A stretch of 64,000 nucleotides of DNA from Eledone cirrhosa (lineage: Eukaryota): positions 42,842,001-42,906,000 of the forward strand of contig OZ024742.1 in the NCBI GenBank assembly GCA_964016885.1. The letters are read 5' to 3'. The notes beneath the pieces were generated by a model, which worked only from the letters and a program-made list of their open reading frames with translations, had not been told where the DNA came from and made no database searches. Shown here piece by piece: positions 61,247 through 64,000 of this stretch. The position numbers and the translations under genes are program-made. Each line of letters starts with the position of its first letter. Position 1 is the stretch's first letter.

Positions 61247-63163
61247 ATGAACGCTGCGTCCAACGATAATGGTGGTGGAGAGGCGGTAAGACTACAAAGC
61301 TCGCAGTCAACAACGTCTTCTTCACTAGATACTATAGAGATGGAAAGACAAAATGAAAATAAAAAAACGAATTCACATCCAAACAACACAAATGACACCA
61401 AACAGCTCAATGACAACAAAAATAACAGCAAAACCAATAATGATGATAAAAGCAACAATGATAACAACAACAAAGAAAAAAATAAAGACAACGCCAATAA
61501 CACCAGCATCAAAGACAACAACAACACCAAGGAAAATACGGATGATACCAACATCGGTGACAACAAGAATAACAACAAGAATAACAACAATAATGACAAC
61601 ACCACCAATACGGATTCCACAAAGAAACCAAAAATCTCCTTTGCGGAGAAAGTTCAAAAGAAAGAACAATTGATATATCTCGACATAACAAATGCTGAAC
61701 ACCTTTTAAAGGACGCTAAGAGATATGTCACCTTCGAAAAAAATGGTGCTTTCAGCATCAATTCTCCGGTAGAAATTCGCAAGGAAACTGCTCTCAAAAC
61801 GATAGTTTTTAGGACAGTTTCCAATTCTACCCGAAAACCAGTCCAATTGTCACAGAAAGATATTGAACTGGTTTTCAAAGATTCAATGAATGATATTGCA
61901 TTCATTCAAAGAAGCAAACTTTTTGGGAGTATTTCGGTACTGATGAAGGATCAATTGACGGCCCAAAATTACTCTGTGTCGCCAATTGTATCCAACCTGT
62001 ACACCTTTTTCCCTACATACATGGGAAAAAGGACACAAAAGATCAGAATCACAAATGTCACACCAAAGGTGAACATATGGTGGATACTGTGCGGCTTCAT
62101 CAATTTTGATGAAGACAGAATACTGTCAGTAGGCAAGTCCCCCAGAGATGTATTCAATGGGACTAGCATTGAAGTTCTGGTGCAAATGAGCCCAGAGCGA
62201 ATAGCTATGATCCCACAGCGTGTACTCCTGGACGGACTTACCTACATAAACCTTTCGGTTGAGGGTAGGCGGCCTTCATGTTACCATTGCTTTAGCAGGG
62301 GTCACCTGAGGGCTTCCTGTCCTAAACTAATGAACCAAAAAAAGGCTCTTCTGCCAACACCCATCAAAACAACACAACCACCAACACCACCACTACAACA
62401 ACAACACCAACACACAAAAATAACCACAACAAACACAGTCCCACCCAACCTCACTCCACCTAAAACCACTGCAAAATCACATACAGACACAACAGCTCCC
62501 CAAGACATACCCCTCCCCAATCACACAGACGATACAACAGATGAGGCTATCTCGCCATCACCCAGTGAAGACGAGGGAGAACCCCATCGCTCGAAAAGAA
62601 AGAAAAGACATCACAAAAGCAAAAAACCAGCAAACACTACCACAAACACACAACCACCAACACAAACAACAAAAATATCACAAACAAAACCCCCACCTCC
62701 TGAAAACAAAATACCTACAACAAAACGAAAGCACACACAAGAACTACAGACAAAAACAAACACAACACAAGAAAATTACACTTACACTTACATAAACACT
62801 GAAAACAAAACACTAATGGAGACCATTACGAACGACCCTTCGGTTTTCACCGAAGGGAAAACTTTCGCCCACTCTATAAAAAATAGCAAAAAAATGAACC
62901 TAAAACTGATTAGGGTCCCTATACAAACTTATAGGTCCCTAAAAGAAACATTTGAGAAGGATGTGGGGAATTCCTGCGTGAAACCACTCAACCGCGTCCT
63001 TCTCAAATACCTCCCCACCCCAGACACCCCCATTCCACCAGACCCCACCCCACCAAACATCTGCGTCCCCACCCCGCCGGAAACCAGCACCCATCCAGAC
63101 AACCCCTCCAACACCCCCATGGAAATCGTGCGGCCTGGTCCCCAGGAGGCGAAGGGTGAGTGA
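61247..63163 (+). CDS. T6 ORF1 protein (638 aa; Asn-rich N-terminus, CCHC knuckle, Pro/Thr-rich)
   Basis: CYHCFSRGHLRASC; collinear with T3 ORF1 (FSINSP, GSISVL, YMG.RTQ). Confidence 0.9.
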   Translation: MNAASNDNGGGEAVRLQSSQSTTSSSLDTIEMERQNENKKTNSHPNNTNDTKQLNDNKNNSKTNNDDKSNNDNNNKEKNKDNANNTSIKDNNNTKENTDDTNIGDNKNNNKNNNNNDNTTNTDSTKKPKISFAEKVQKKEQLIYLDITNAEHLLKDAKRYVTFEKNGAFSINSPVEIRKETALKTIVFRTVSNSTRKPVQLSQKDIELVFKDSMNDIAFIQRSKLFGSISVLMKDQLTAQNYSVSPIVSNLYTFFPTYMGKRTQKIRITNVTPKVNIWWILCGFINFDEDRILSVGKSPRDVFNGTSIEVLVQMSPERIAMIPQRVLLDGLTYINLSVEGRRPSCYHCFSRGHLRASCPKLMNQKKALLPTPIKTTQPPTPPLQQQHQHTKITTTNTVPPNLTPPKTTAKSHTDTTAPQDIPLPNHTDDTTDEAISPSPSEDEGEPHRSKRKKRHHKSKKPANTTTNTQPPTQTTKISQTKPPPPENKIPTTKRKHTQELQTKTNTTQENYTYTYINTENKTLMETITNDPSVFTEGKTFAHSIKNSKKMNLKLIRVPIQTYRSLKETFEKDVGNSCVKPLNRVLLKYLPTPDTPIPPDPTPPNICVPTPPETSTHPDNPSNTPMEIVRPGPQEAKGE

Positions 63164-63196
63164 TCTCTTTTCCTCTTTTAACTTTTCAGCACCAAC

Positions 63197-64000
63197 ATGG
63201 CCAATATAAGAGTTGGATGTGTGAACGTACGCGGCCTGGGGATGACCTGGAAACAGGGCAAACTCTTATACGACCTCAGGTCACACAGTTTGGATGTGGT
63301 AGCCATTTGCGAGTCCAGGATCCACGGCGAGCGACAGCTGGCCCCCATCTTCGATGACTTTGAAATCTACGCATCTCTCTGTCAACCGGGGGGTGGGGGC
63401 GGAGTTGCCGTTTTGCTGCGGAAACACCTGGGCCTCGTAACACAGACGGTACATCTGGACCCGGAGGGTCGACTGGTGGTCCTAGACGTTGACGGTAGTG
63501 AAGGTGGAGCCTTCAGGCTGGTGGCCGCATATGCCCCATCCGGGACACCGCGGCCAGACTTCTTCAAACGTCTAGAGACTTTTCTGGGAACGTCCCGCTC
63601 CTTGCTTTTAGTGGGGGACTGGAATGGAATCCTAGATGCACGTTGGGACTATGTGGGAGCATGTCCCGACAAAGGGGGGTGTAACAGCCTCAAACAGTTA
63701 ATCGACCGATTTGACCTGGCCGATAGATATCGACTAGATTTTCCGACTGCGCCAATGTGGACGTGGAGTAATCGTAGCGGAACATCTAGATCGTACCTAG
63801 ATAGGGTTCTAGTTAGAAATAAGGATAGGGACATGTTAAGCTGTCCACAAATGTTCATGGTTGCCTATTCAGATCACAAACTAGTGACCTGCATGGCCAA
63901 CCTTGATAGAACCCATAGACAAGGACCCGGCTACTGGAAGCTGAACTTGTCGTTACCGACAAGCAAAGCCTACAGTAGACGGATTAGCACTTTAGTTAAA
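63197..64000 (+). CDS. T6 ORF2 N-terminal APE endonuclease (partial, open to the window end)
   Basis: MANIRVGCVNVRGL...LVGDWN...SYLDRVLV...YSDHK...GPGYWKLN. Confidence 0.9.
   Translation, partial: MANIRVGCVNVRGLGMTWKQGKLLYDLRSHSLDVVAICESRIHGERQLAPIFDDFEIYASLCQPGGGGGVAVLLRKHLGLVTQTVHLDPEGRLVVLDVDGSEGGAFRLVAAYAPSGTPRPDFFKRLETFLGTSRSLLLVGDWNGILDARWDYVGACPDKGGCNSLKQLIDRFDLADRYRLDFPTAPMWTWSNRSGTSRSYLDRVLVRNKDRDMLSCPQMFMVAYSDHKLVTCMANLDRTHRQGPGYWKLNLSLPTSKAYSRRISTLVK

Larger units (their letters stand above)
61030..64000 (+). mobile_element. Tx1 element T6 with intact 5' end; continues beyond the window
   Basis: 5' UTR, open ORF1 and open ORF2 start. Confidence 0.92.

Noticed and set aside
63156-63189. 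34-nt GTGAGT...AG mini-intron fusing ORF1 to ORF2
   Set aside because: Very short for a spliceosomal intron, and its removal leaves ORF2 out of frame with ORF1.

Overview
AT-rich animal genomic DNA with no recognisable host gene. A cephalopod/octopus origin is inferred from the SINE types and giant (TA/TG)n tracts. Positions ~3.1-33.6 kb are a huge cryptically structured (TA)n/(TATG)n microsatellite field with a 200-N gap. It is studded with small inserts, most of which carry a minimal type I hammerhead ribozyme (CTGAnGA...GAAA, short palindromic stem III) and a foldback end. The main ones are two inverted tandem arrays of a 310/312-bp, highly structured hammerhead unit (retrozyme-like; 17.8-22.6 kb and 28.0-29.3 kb). 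The larger array appears to have its empty site in a duplicate copy left of the gap. A truncated Penelope element with a GIY-YIG domain and hammerhead pLTR lies at ~40.7-41.7 kb. Positions 33.6-48 kb hold SINEs, Tc1/pogo fragments, MITEs and an old LINE relic. From 48.8 kb to the end is an uninterrupted head-to-tail array of at least 7 Tx1/L1-clade retrotransposon copies joined through (TATC)n tails, two of them with ORF1 and ORF2. The long Y/I/M/C/V ORFs in the track are microsatellite artefacts.
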